Positions 41,088 through 49,934 of a stretch of 64,000 nt of DNA are shown here, one piece after another; positions within the stretch are counted from its first letter, which is position 1, and each line of letters opens with the position of its first letter. The notes under the pieces were generated by a model. It worked only from the letters and a program-made list of their open reading frames with translations. It searched no databases and was not told the origin of the DNA. The translations under genes were made by a program, and so were the position numbers. The DNA comes from Planctomycetota bacterium (lineage in GTDB: Bacteria > Planctomycetota > GCA-002687715 > CAIWVZ01): NCBI GenBank assembly GCA_044222185.1, contig JBGANV010000001.1, forward strand, positions 2,192,975 through 2,256,974, in the 5' to 3' direction.

Positions 41088-43235
41088 ATGCGCCATCGAA
41101 TCCTCCCCGGCATCTGCCTTCTCGCCGTCCTCGCCTGCAGCGGCGCGGAGACCACGTCCCCCACGTCTCGACCGGAGAGCCGCACGTCCGCCGCCGCCTC
41201 GCGACCGTCCGGCTCGCCGACGTCGATGCGCGTCCTGGATCGCGCGGCAGGGTTCATCGAACGTACGATCTCGACCGACGCCATCTCGGAGAACCTGAAG
41301 CAGCTCGTGGCGAAACCGCACGTCGCCGGATCACCGGCCAACCGGCAGACGGCGGAGCTGGTCGCGTCGGCCTTCCGCGCCGCCGGCCTGGATGTCCGGA
41401 TCGACGAGTACGACGTGCTCCTCCCCTATCCCGCGGAGATGACGGTCGAACTGGTGAAGCCCGTCGCCTACCGCTGCCCCATGATGGAGGAGCCCGTCGA
41501 CGCCGACTACGACACGCACACGACCGCAGCGATCCCGCCCTTCCTCGCCTACGCGGCCGACGGCGACGTCACCGGACGCCTCGTCTACGTGAATCACGGT
41601 ACGGTGGCTGATTATCAGCGCCTGGCATCACTGGGCGTCGACCTGCGCGGTGCGATCGGCATCGCACGCTACGGAAAGATCTACCGCGGGACGAAGGTCG
41701 TCGAGGCGCGCAAGCGCGGCCTGGCGGCGCTCCTCATCTACTCCGATCCCGCCGACGATGGCTTCGTGCGCGGGCCGGTGTACCCGCAGGGCCCCTGGCG
41801 TCCGAAGTCAGCGGTCCAGCGCGGCTCGATCCTCGACATCGCGCAGCGGCCGGGCGACCCACTCACACCCGACGGCGCCGCGAAGCCGGACGCCATGCGC
41901 CTCGCCGGCGAAGCCGTCGAGAACCTGCCCGGACTTCCCGCGGCCGCGTTGTCGTGGGGCGACGCCGAGCCCATGTTGAAGCTGCTCGAAGGCCCGGCCG
42001 TCCCAGACGGCTGGCAGGGAGGGTTGCCGTTCACGTACCGGGTCGGCGCCACGAACGCCGTGATCGCGCACGTGCGTACGCAATCGGATTGGTCCTCACG
42101 CCGGATCGCGAACGTGATCGGCACGCTCCGAGGTGCCGTCGCACCCGATGACTGGGTGATGATGGGCAGCCATCGAGACGCGTGGGTCCACGGAGCCGTC
42201 GACCCCGGCTCGGGGACGGCGATCATGATGGACGTCGCGCGGACGCTCGGCGCCATGTCCAAGGACGGCCTGGCGCCCGACCGATCGATCGTGCTGTGCT
42301 CCTGGGATGCGGAGGAGTTCGGGCTCATCGGCTCGACGGAGTTCATCGACGAGTTCGGGCAGGATGTGGCCGACCGATGCGTCCTCTACCTCAACTGCGA
42401 CGCTCCGATCACCGGCAGCGAGCTGTCCGCCGAAGGCTCACCCGCCCTCGGTGAGATCTTCCGCGAAGCGCTCGGCCGCGTACGAGACGATCGCCTGAGC
42501 GGGCCCACGCTTCTCGACGACCTCACGGCGCGCAAGGCGCTCGAGCTGACTCCGCCCGGTGGCGGAAGCGACTTCGTCGGCTTCCTCGCCAAGGCCGCCG
42601 TACCGTGCGGCTCCATCTCCTCCGGTGGCCCTTACGGCGTCTACCACTCCCTCTTCGACACCTACGGATGGATGAAGAAGTACGGCGATCCTTCGTTCCG
42701 TGCCCACGCGCGAGTGGGTCGGGCCGCCGCGATGGTGCTCTTCGTGGCGGCCACGTCCGCCTTGCTCCCGCTGGACGAGGCCGCGGAGATCCGGTGGGTT
42801 CGCAAGGCGGTCGAGTCGCTGGCGCTCAAGCACCCCGCTGTCGATCCGACGAGACTCCAAACCTCGCTCGCACAGGCCGCGATCGCCGCCGCCGAGTGTG
42901 ACGCCGCCCGCGACGCACTCCTCGCGACCGATCCGGATCCGTCGAGGCTCGTGGCGATCAATCACGCCACGCTGCTGGCGCCCCGGGCGTTCGTGTCGGA
43001 CGGCCCCGCAGTCGCCGATCGGCCGTTCTATCGGAACCTGCTCGTGGCGACGGACCCCGGCAACGGTTACGGCGCCATCCCATTGCCCGGCCTCGCGCAG
43101 GCCTCGGATGCGGGCGCGTCCGGCGAGATCACGCGTCAATCCGAGCGCCTGCGGTCCGCGATCGACGACTACGCCGCGCGCCTCACACGGATCGCACGCC
43201 TCATGCAGGCGGCGGCTCAGCCGGCGGCACGGTGA
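41088..43235 (+). CDS. M28 peptidase, glutamate carboxypeptidase II/transferrin-receptor-like (probable lipoprotein)
   Basis: LAVLAC lipobox, PHVAGS, PA domain (YVNHG, RYGKIYRG, YSDPADDG), GSHRDAWVHGAVDPGSG, SWDAEEFGLIGSTE, GSDF, YHSLFD. Confidence 0.92.
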   Translation: MRHRILPGICLLAVLACSGAETTSPTSRPESRTSAAASRPSGSPTSMRVLDRAAGFIERTISTDAISENLKQLVAKPHVAGSPANRQTAELVASAFRAAGLDVRIDEYDVLLPYPAEMTVELVKPVAYRCPMMEEPVDADYDTHTTAAIPPFLAYAADGDVTGRLVYVNHGTVADYQRLASLGVDLRGAIGIARYGKIYRGTKVVEARKRGLAALLIYSDPADDGFVRGPVYPQGPWRPKSAVQRGSILDIAQRPGDPLTPDGAAKPDAMRLAGEAVENLPGLPAAALSWGDAEPMLKLLEGPAVPDGWQGGLPFTYRVGATNAVIAHVRTQSDWSSRRIANVIGTLRGAVAPDDWVMMGSHRDAWVHGAVDPGSGTAIMMDVARTLGAMSKDGLAPDRSIVLCSWDAEEFGLIGSTEFIDEFGQDVADRCVLYLNCDAPITGSELSAEGSPALGEIFREALGRVRDDRLSGPTLLDDLTARKALELTPPGGGSDFVGFLAKAAVPCGSISSGGPYGVYHSLFDTYGWMKKYGDPSFRAHARVGRAAAMVLFVAATSALLPLDEAAEIRWVRKAVESLALKHPAVDPTRLQTSLAQAAIAAAECDAARDALLATDPDPSRLVAINHATLLAPRAFVSDGPAVADRPFYRNLLVATDPGNGYGAIPLPGLAQASDAGASGEITRQSERLRSAIDDYAARLTRIARLMQAAAQPAAR

Positions 43236-44565
43236 CGAGTCCGACGACGTCGCGCTCGGCGTCGTAGACGAGAAGTTCGGCCCACTGTCCCCACCGGACG
43301 ATCGTTTCGAGGAGGGGGCGCGGTGGCTCCGTCGGCAACACGAGCGCGAAGTCGTCCTCGAGCAGCTCGCCCTTGGCCGTCCGCTCTTCCTGTTTCTCGA
43401 GCAGGGCCACGACGCGCTTGAACGTCGTGATGCTCATGAGGCGGTTCTTGAATCGCCGCTTGCGGGCATTCATGTCCTCGGCGACGAACGAACGTCCCTC
43501 GGCCGACAGCATCACGGAGTCACCGGGAGTCTCCACGAACCCGAGGAGTTCAGCGGCCTTGACGACGCCGATCGTGTGGCCGAAGTCCTCCTGCGTGACT
43601 TCGTTCACCTCGAACAGGTCCATCCGGTCGCCCTGATCGTGGACGACCTCCAGGAGACCGACGATCTCCGACACGCCGATGCGCGGCAGTGGGATCGGTC
43701 GCGTGGCTGCCACCTTCTTCTCGTGTGCCGTGAGGTCCGGCAGGTGGATGCCCGTGAGGATCCCGTGCAGGTGATCGACCATCTCGATGAACTGGCGCGT
43801 CCGGGCCTCGCGCGGATGGCGGACGGTGTTCGCGACGACTTCGCGCACGCGCCCCGGGTTCTGCGCGAGGATGACGATGCGGTCGCCGAAGTTCACGGCC
43901 TCGTCGATCTGGTGCGTGACGAGGACGATGGATTTGAGGCCCGTCTCCTGGTCTCGCCACAAGCGGTAGAGCTCGGAGCGCATGGCCTCGGCGGTGAGGA
44001 CGTCCAGCCCGGCGAACGGCTCATCCAGGAACAGGATCTCGGGCCGGCCCACGAGCGCGCGGGCCAGCGAGACGCGCTGCTTCATCCCGCGGGACAGTTC
44101 GCGAGGCCGGCTCTGCTCGTAGCCTTCGAGGCCAACGAGGTCGAGAACGCGCCGGACGCGTCCGATCTCTTCCTCCGCGGACATGCGGCGGCCGTTCAGC
44201 CCGACGCGGATGTTGTCGAACACCGTGAGCCACGGAAACAGCGCGAAGTTCTGGAACACGACGGCAGCATTCGGGCACAGCCCCGACAGTGGCCGGCCGC
44301 GATATCGCACCTCGCCGAGCGTTGGCGAATCGAGTCCGAGCAGCGTCCGCAGCAGCGTCGACTTGCCGCATCCCGACGGGCCGAGGACGCAAACGGCCTC
44401 GCCGGCCATCACGGGAAACGAAACGTCCTGGAGCGCCAGCCGCTCGGTTCCACGCTCGTCGCGAAACGACTTGTTGATCCCGACCGCCTCGATGAGCGGC
44501 TCCCGAACGCTCGTCGCCGGGCCAGGCGGAACCTCGTTCGGGGTCGTTGCGGGATCGGTCGGCAT
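43201..44565 (-). CDS. NitT/TauT family ABC ATP-binding protein with C-terminal AAA-associated domain
   Basis: [22 protein letters not shown], variant signature LSRGMKQR, LDEPFAGLD, C-terminal extension ending IVRWGQWAEL. Confidence 0.9.
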   Translation of the reverse strand: MPTDPATTPNEVPPGPATSVREPLIEAVGINKSFRDERGTERLALQDVSFPVMAGEAVCVLGPSGCGKSTLLRTLLGLDSPTLGEVRYRGRPLSGLCPNAAVVFQNFALFPWLTVFDNIRVGLNGRRMSAEEEIGRVRRVLDLVGLEGYEQSRPRELSRGMKQRVSLARALVGRPEILFLDEPFAGLDVLTAEAMRSELYRLWRDQETGLKSIVLVTHQIDEAVNFGDRIVILAQNPGRVREVVANTVRHPREARTRQFIEMVDHLHGILTGIHLPDLTAHEKKVAATRPIPLPRIGVSEIVGLLEVVHDQGDRMDLFEVNEVTQEDFGHTIGVVKAAELLGFVETPGDSVMLSAEGRSFVAEDMNARKRRFKNRLMSITTFKRVVALLEKQEERTAKGELLEDDFALVLPTEPPRPLLETIVRWGQWAELLVYDAERDVVGLVTVPPAEPPPA

Positions 44566-44624
44566 GCGGGTCGACGACGATCCCGGAGGCCTTCCACCGT
44601 TTCAAGTGGACGGTTCGCGGGCCG

Positions 44625-46391
44625 TCAGACTTGCAGCGAGTACCGCTCCTCCGCGATGCGGAAGAGGCGCTTCCACACGCTTCGGTTCAGGACGATCAAG
44701 ACGGCCGAGATCACGGCGATACCTGCGGCGAGCTTGGGGAAATCCGCTCCGATCGTCGCGTCGTTCAGGAGCTTGCCGACACCCTCGGCCGTGAGGGTGC
44801 GTCCCTGGTATCGCTGGTACTCGGTCACGATGCACGCATTCCATGCACCGCCGACTGCCGTGATGAGTCCGGTGACCAGGTTCGGGAAGATCGCGGGCAA
44901 CTCGAGCTTCGTCCAGCGGCGCCAGCCCTTCAGCCCGTAGGCCGTCGCAATCTGATCCAGGTCGTTGGGTATGGCGGAAGCCCCGGCGATCACGTTGAAC
45001 AAGAGGTACCACTGTGCACCGAGCACCATCAGCAGCGTGCAGCCGAGGGAGAAATTCACGCCGGATGCGAGCACGAGCCCGGTCACGAGCGGAAACACCA
45101 TCGGTGCGGGGAACGACGCGACGATCTGCACGAGGGGGCTGAGCACGCGGGCGAGCCCGGGCTTGCGCCCGATCCAGATGCCGGCCGGCAACGTCCACGC
45201 CGCCGAGATCACGACCGCCAGCAGGATCCGCAGGAACGTCAGCCCGAGCGACGCCCACACGTGGAGCCAGCCGGCCAGGTCCACGCGGGACAACAGCTCG
45301 ACCATGCCGAACGCGCCCCACGCGAGAACTCCAACCGAGATCGCGCTCACGAGTCGGACGAGCCACGTGCGCAAGTGCCCGCTGAACGCCGAGGTTCCGG
45401 CCGTTTCCGCGGGGGCCGGAGTGAGCGGTCGCGGCAGTGGCGTCGCGAGTGCCGTGGTCGGGTCCGGCCTGCGTCGCATGCGCTCCTCGCGGCGCTTGCG
45501 AAGCCACCCGGCGAAGACGGAGTGATCGAACAGGTCGAGCACCCAGGAGCGCGGAACGTCCCCCGAATCGCCTTCCTCGAGTTTGAAGCGGGCCGACCAT
45601 GCCAGGAGCGGGCGCCAGATGAGCTGATCCGTGGCGACGATCATCGCGATCATGGCGACGATGGCCCAGGTCACGGCCTGCATGTCCCCCAGGTCGAACG
45701 CCACGCTCATGTACGCGCCGATGCCCGGCAATCGGAAGTCGCGGCCTCCGAGGGTGAACGCCTCGTTCACCATCAGGAAGAACCAGCCCCCTGCCATGGA
45801 GATCATCGAATTCCACACGAGCGGGATCATCGCCGAGCTCAGCTCGACGCGGCCGAACCACTGAGGCGCGGAGAAGCGGTGGACGCGGGCGACGTCACGC
45901 AGCTCCATGGAAACGCTTCGCAGGGATCCGAAGTAGGCGAACACCATGTTCCACGCCTGCCCCGTGAAGATCATGAGGATGCACGCGAGCTCGAGCCCCA
46001 GGTTGCTGTCGGGGAACAGGCTCACCATTCCCAGGACGAGACCGGGGAGGAACGCGAGCACGGGGAGCCCCTGCAGCACGTCGATCACGGGCAGGAGCAG
46101 TCGCTCAGCGCGTCGGCTGCGGGCCGTCACCGTGCCGACGACCAGCGTGAAGATCAGAGACACCGCGTACGACGCGACACCGCGCCCGAAGGAGCGGAAC
46201 GCGTATCCCGGGAGTGCGAACGGCGAGAGGTCGATCTCGACGCGGTCCCGAAACGGCGCCGTCCACTCACGCGCCTGTGCGATCACGATCCCCGCGAGCC
46301 CGACGATGAACGCGAACAGCAGCATGTCGACGACGATCGACGAGCGGGGCTCGGATTTCGTCGTCTGCGTGCGTGCAGGTGCATCGGCCAT
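44625..46391 (-). CDS. NitT/TauT family ABC permease (two fused TM modules)
   Basis: PVIDVLQGLPVLAFLP, FTGQAWNM, VWNSMISMAGGWFFL, ASFPAP, GAQWYLLFNVIAGA, GGAWNA. Confidence 0.9.
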   Translation of the reverse strand: MADAPARTQTTKSEPRSSIVVDMLLFAFIVGLAGIVIAQAREWTAPFRDRVEIDLSPFALPGYAFRSFGRGVASYAVSLIFTLVVGTVTARSRRAERLLLPVIDVLQGLPVLAFLPGLVLGMVSLFPDSNLGLELACILMIFTGQAWNMVFAYFGSLRSVSMELRDVARVHRFSAPQWFGRVELSSAMIPLVWNSMISMAGGWFFLMVNEAFTLGGRDFRLPGIGAYMSVAFDLGDMQAVTWAIVAMIAMIVATDQLIWRPLLAWSARFKLEEGDSGDVPRSWVLDLFDHSVFAGWLRKRREERMRRRPDPTTALATPLPRPLTPAPAETAGTSAFSGHLRTWLVRLVSAISVGVLAWGAFGMVELLSRVDLAGWLHVWASLGLTFLRILLAVVISAAWTLPAGIWIGRKPGLARVLSPLVQIVASFPAPMVFPLVTGLVLASGVNFSLGCTLLMVLGAQWYLLFNVIAGASAIPNDLDQIATAYGLKGWRRWTKLELPAIFPNLVTGLITAVGGAWNACIVTEYQRYQGRTLTAEGVGKLLNDATIGADFPKLAAGIAVISAVLIVLNRSVWKRLFRIAEERYSLQV

Positions 46392-46521
46392 GGCGCGCGG
46401 CGAGGATAACCGCGCTGCGCATCACGGGAAGCCATTCACACGTCGCGCCGCAACGCGCGATTGCCGCTGGGTCCGCCCACGTCGCCGCGCAGTCGCGGGG
46501 CGCGCTGACCGCGGACCACGC

Positions 46522-49485
46522 TCATTGTGCGGAGACGATCAGGGCCGCCGTCATCGCGCCGAGGGCGCCGCTCGGGTTCTGGATGAACGCCTGGACTCCC
46601 ACGGCAAAGCCGTAGAGGTTCGGATCGATTGGAATGGGCACGGGAAGCACTGCGGTTCCGACACCGCCGGCACCGGCATGCGTCGCGGACGGCACGAGCA
46701 GGTCCGGCGAGATGATCAGTTGACATCCGCTCAGGCCGTAGACACCGAGATCGAGCGGCAAGGACGAGCCTTGCCAGTTCGTCGTCGATGTACCGAGCAG
46801 CCACGCCATCGGCTGGCCGGCCACCGCCGAGCCGACGACGAGCCCGAACCGTGGGTTCCCCGACAGCACGGATGGCGGCCCCCCGATCGTGAGGAGTCGT
46901 GGAACGCGACCGTTCACGGCGGGGCAACCGGTGCCGAACTCCGCCGTACCCGAAGCGAACCCCGGGGCCGACAGCAGGACGACACGTCCGGCGCTCGATG
47001 GGAATCCCGTTCCGGCTGGGATCACGAGGCCTGGGGCGCCGACGGCCACTTCGACGAATCCGTCTGAATCGACGTCCCCCGCCGATGCGACGGCGAATCC
47101 CATGTCGGCGGCGGAGCCCGTCGGCACGAACGCGTCGATCAGAAGGCCGGTTGCACCCGAGTAGGCATGAACGCTGGACTGCTGCGGGGTGCCGAGGAAC
47201 CCTGGATTCCCGGCGACGACGTCGCCCACGCCATCTCCATTCCAGTCCCCGACGGCCGCGTGGGAGGCGCCGAACCCCAGCGGTCCCACGATCTGTCGGA
47301 GGATCGCTCCCGTGGCTCCCGAGAAGAACACCAGGGCACCCTGGGACGGCGACGTCGACGCCAGGCCCGCTGCGAGGTCCGTGATCCCGTCGCCGTCGAC
47401 GTCACCGGGCGCCGCCAACGCGATGCCGAGGATCGAAGACTGCGCCGACGGAGGCGCGATCAGCGTGCGGATGAGGGAACCACCGTTCGATGAGTAGAGC
47501 CGGATGACCGTCCCCGTCGTCGTGGGCGAAGGCGCGCCCAGGCTCACGGCGATGTCCTCCTTCCCATCGCCGTCCACGTCGCCGGCCGACGCCAACGTCA
47601 TCACGTCGAAAAGAGGCACGGACGCCGCAGCGACGTTGATCGTGAACAGCAACACCCCCGTGAGTCCGGAGTGGACCTCGGTACGAGCGGGCAGGGTGGT
47701 GCGCGCGACGGCGCCCGCGACACCGATCACGAGTTCGCGATGCCCGTCGCCGTCGAGGTCCGAGATCGTCGCCAGGGCAGCGCCGAATCCGTCGCCGCTC
47801 GTCGATCCCAAGATGGAGTACACGAGGGCTCGCGTCGCGCCGTCGAAAACACTCACGGCGCCCGGCCCGTCGATGGGAGCGCCGGCACGCGGCGCACTCG
47901 CCGCGAATTCAGGAATGCCGTCGCCCGTCACGTCGCCGATAGACGTCAGAGCGAAACCGAAGGTCTCCGATGCGGTGGTCCCTGCGATCTCGGCGGCGAT
48001 TGCGCCGTTTGCGCCGGAGAGGATGGAAACGCGGCCCGCGTTCCCGAGTTCGGAGGGGTTTCGGAATGGACTGCCGATCAAGAGGTCCGGAATGCCGTCA
48101 CCTGTCAGATCGCCGCCGAGTGCGACGGTGTGGCCGAACGCGTCCTGGCCCTGGTCCGCCGAGAGGTCGAAGCGAACGACGGGGCTCGGCCCGCCACGAA
48201 CACAAACGAGTCGCCCATCGTTCAGGCCGGTCTGTGTTCCGATTCCCGCGACGACGAATTCACCGATCCCGTCGCCCGTGAGATCCGTGGTGCCGAGCGC
48301 CGTGACGCCGACGGCCGCGGCCCCCGGCACGACGATCGACCGGATCCGAGCACCGGATGCGCCCGAGTGCACGTGGATCGTCTGCGTCGTTGGCGCCGTC
48401 GCGATCCAATCGGGCACGAGGTCGCCATTCTGGTCGCCGACGGCCGCGAGCCCGAGGCCGAATCCATCACCAGGTGTCGGGTTGACGATGGACTGGATCA
48501 GCGTTCCGGTACGGCCGCTGATCACGTCGACGGAAGTCGTCGGTGTGGCACCGACCACGTTCACGCGCAGCGCGATGAAGTCGCGTGCGCCATCGGAGTT
48601 CCGGTCGTCGATGGCGGCGAACGACGGAGGCACGAACGGCGCCGCGATGGCGGAGAGCGACGCGGTGTGGAGCAACGCCCCCGTCGCACCCGAGATCGCG
48701 TCGATCCGCTGATCGACGCCGTAGAGGATGTCCGGGAAGCCATCGGTGTTGACGTCGCCGGGACACTGGAGCGAGACCGTGAAATTCGGCCCCGCAACGG
48801 ATCCCAGAAACTGCCGGATCAACGCACCGCTGGTGCCCGACAGCAAGTAGGCTCGCGGGGTGATCGGGGTCGGCGCGTTCGGAACGCCGCCGCTCCCACT
48901 CAGCGTGAAGTACCGGCCGGGATCCGCAACGACGAAATCGTCCTTCCCGTCGGCATTGACGTCGCCCACGTTGCGAACGACCGCACCAAACGCGGTCGTC
49001 GCGGTGGCGACGGTGGGTTGGCTCAAGACGGCGCCGGTTGCGCTCGAGTGGATCGTGCAGCGACCGAAGCCGGCGCCGGTCGGTTGCGGTGCCCCCACGA
49101 CGATGTCGCGCTTGCCGTCGCCGTCGAGGTCCGAGATCACGGCTACGGACGCACCAAAGCACGCGCCGGCGAGCGTAGCGGGTGGGAGAAGCGATCGAAT
49201 CAAGTGCCCATCGAGACCTGAACGGATCTGCACGCGCGACGGCACGGCCGACGCAATGAAGTCCGGTGCCGGGCAGCCGATGACGAGGTCGGCGACGCCA
49301 TCGCCGTCAAGGTCGGGGATCGACGCCACGTCGGCACCGATGTCCGTGAGGACGGACCCCGCCGGATTCACGTCGCGAATGACCGACAGTTGGGAGATGC
49401 CGAACGTCGAGTGGGCGATTGCGACGAGGAGGGTCGCAAGGGCCTTGGCTCCTGGACCGGCCGCCGAGCGTCGTTGGGGTTTCAT
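46522..49485 (-). CDS. Large secreted FG-GAP (integrin-alpha-like) repeat protein with conserved C-terminal domain
   Basis: Signal peptide and more than ten repeats of FG..(V/L)...GDxxGDGxxDxxxGAP. C-terminal GCP...LPLDL...GC...PIPIDPNLYG..VQAF...MTAAL. Start uncertain (49485, or up to 49629). Confidence 0.88.
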   Translation of the reverse strand: MKPQRRSAAGPGAKALATLLVAIAHSTFGISQLSVIRDVNPAGSVLTDIGADVASIPDLDGDGVADLVIGCPAPDFIASAVPSRVQIRSGLDGHLIRSLLPPATLAGACFGASVAVISDLDGDGKRDIVVGAPQPTGAGFGRCTIHSSATGAVLSQPTVATATTAFGAVVRNVGDVNADGKDDFVVADPGRYFTLSGSGGVPNAPTPITPRAYLLSGTSGALIRQFLGSVAGPNFTVSLQCPGDVNTDGFPDILYGVDQRIDAISGATGALLHTASLSAIAAPFVPPSFAAIDDRNSDGARDFIALRVNVVGATPTTSVDVISGRTGTLIQSIVNPTPGDGFGLGLAAVGDQNGDLVPDWIATAPTTQTIHVHSGASGARIRSIVVPGAAAVGVTALGTTDLTGDGIGEFVVAGIGTQTGLNDGRLVCVRGGPSPVVRFDLSADQGQDAFGHTVALGGDLTGDGIPDLLIGSPFRNPSELGNAGRVSILSGANGAIAAEIAGTTASETFGFALTSIGDVTGDGIPEFAASAPRAGAPIDGPGAVSVFDGATRALVYSILGSTSGDGFGAALATISDLDGDGHRELVIGVAGAVARTTLPARTEVHSGLTGVLLFTINVAAASVPLFDVMTLASAGDVDGDGKEDIAVSLGAPSPTTTGTVIRLYSSNGGSLIRTLIAPPSAQSSILGIALAAPGDVDGDGITDLAAGLASTSPSQGALVFFSGATGAILRQIVGPLGFGASHAAVGDWNGDGVGDVVAGNPGFLGTPQQSSVHAYSGATGLLIDAFVPTGSAADMGFAVASAGDVDSDGFVEVAVGAPGLVIPAGTGFPSSAGRVVLLSAPGFASGTAEFGTGCPAVNGRVPRLLTIGGPPSVLSGNPRFGLVVGSAVAGQPMAWLLGTSTTNWQGSSLPLDLGVYGLSGCQLIISPDLLVPSATHAGAGGVGTAVLPVPIPIDPNLYGFAVGVQAFIQNPSGALGAMTAALIVSAQ

Positions 49486-49934
49486 CCCATCCGCCCTTGC
49501 GATCATCGCGCCGGCGTTGCGGACCAGTCGGTTCACCCCCGCGCCGCCGCGATCGTGTGCCGCCGCTCGCGGCGACCGTGCCAAATCGAGCCATTCCCCG
49601 GGCGGATTCGCTCCTTCGCACGGTGCCACGAGTCAGCCACGGTCGGCCCTCTGCCCCGGCCCCGCGTTCATCGAGAGCGGGGTCGGCCGCCAGAATTGGA
49701 CGACGCGCCACGAGTCGGAGACCCGGTCGCGATCGTCCTCGAATCCTGCGAGTGCCGTTCGATGGCGCGGCGCCGAGGCCTCCGCGGCCCGCGTCCAGGC
49801 TGGACGGAGCGGCTCCCGGACGCGCCCCCTCCGCCCACGCGCCGCGTGCACGCGTCAAGCGGCGCAGTGTGCAGGCTCAGGCGACGCACGCTCCGGTGAG
49901 GTTCGCGTCGCCAGCGGCCGCCGGCATTCGCGAA

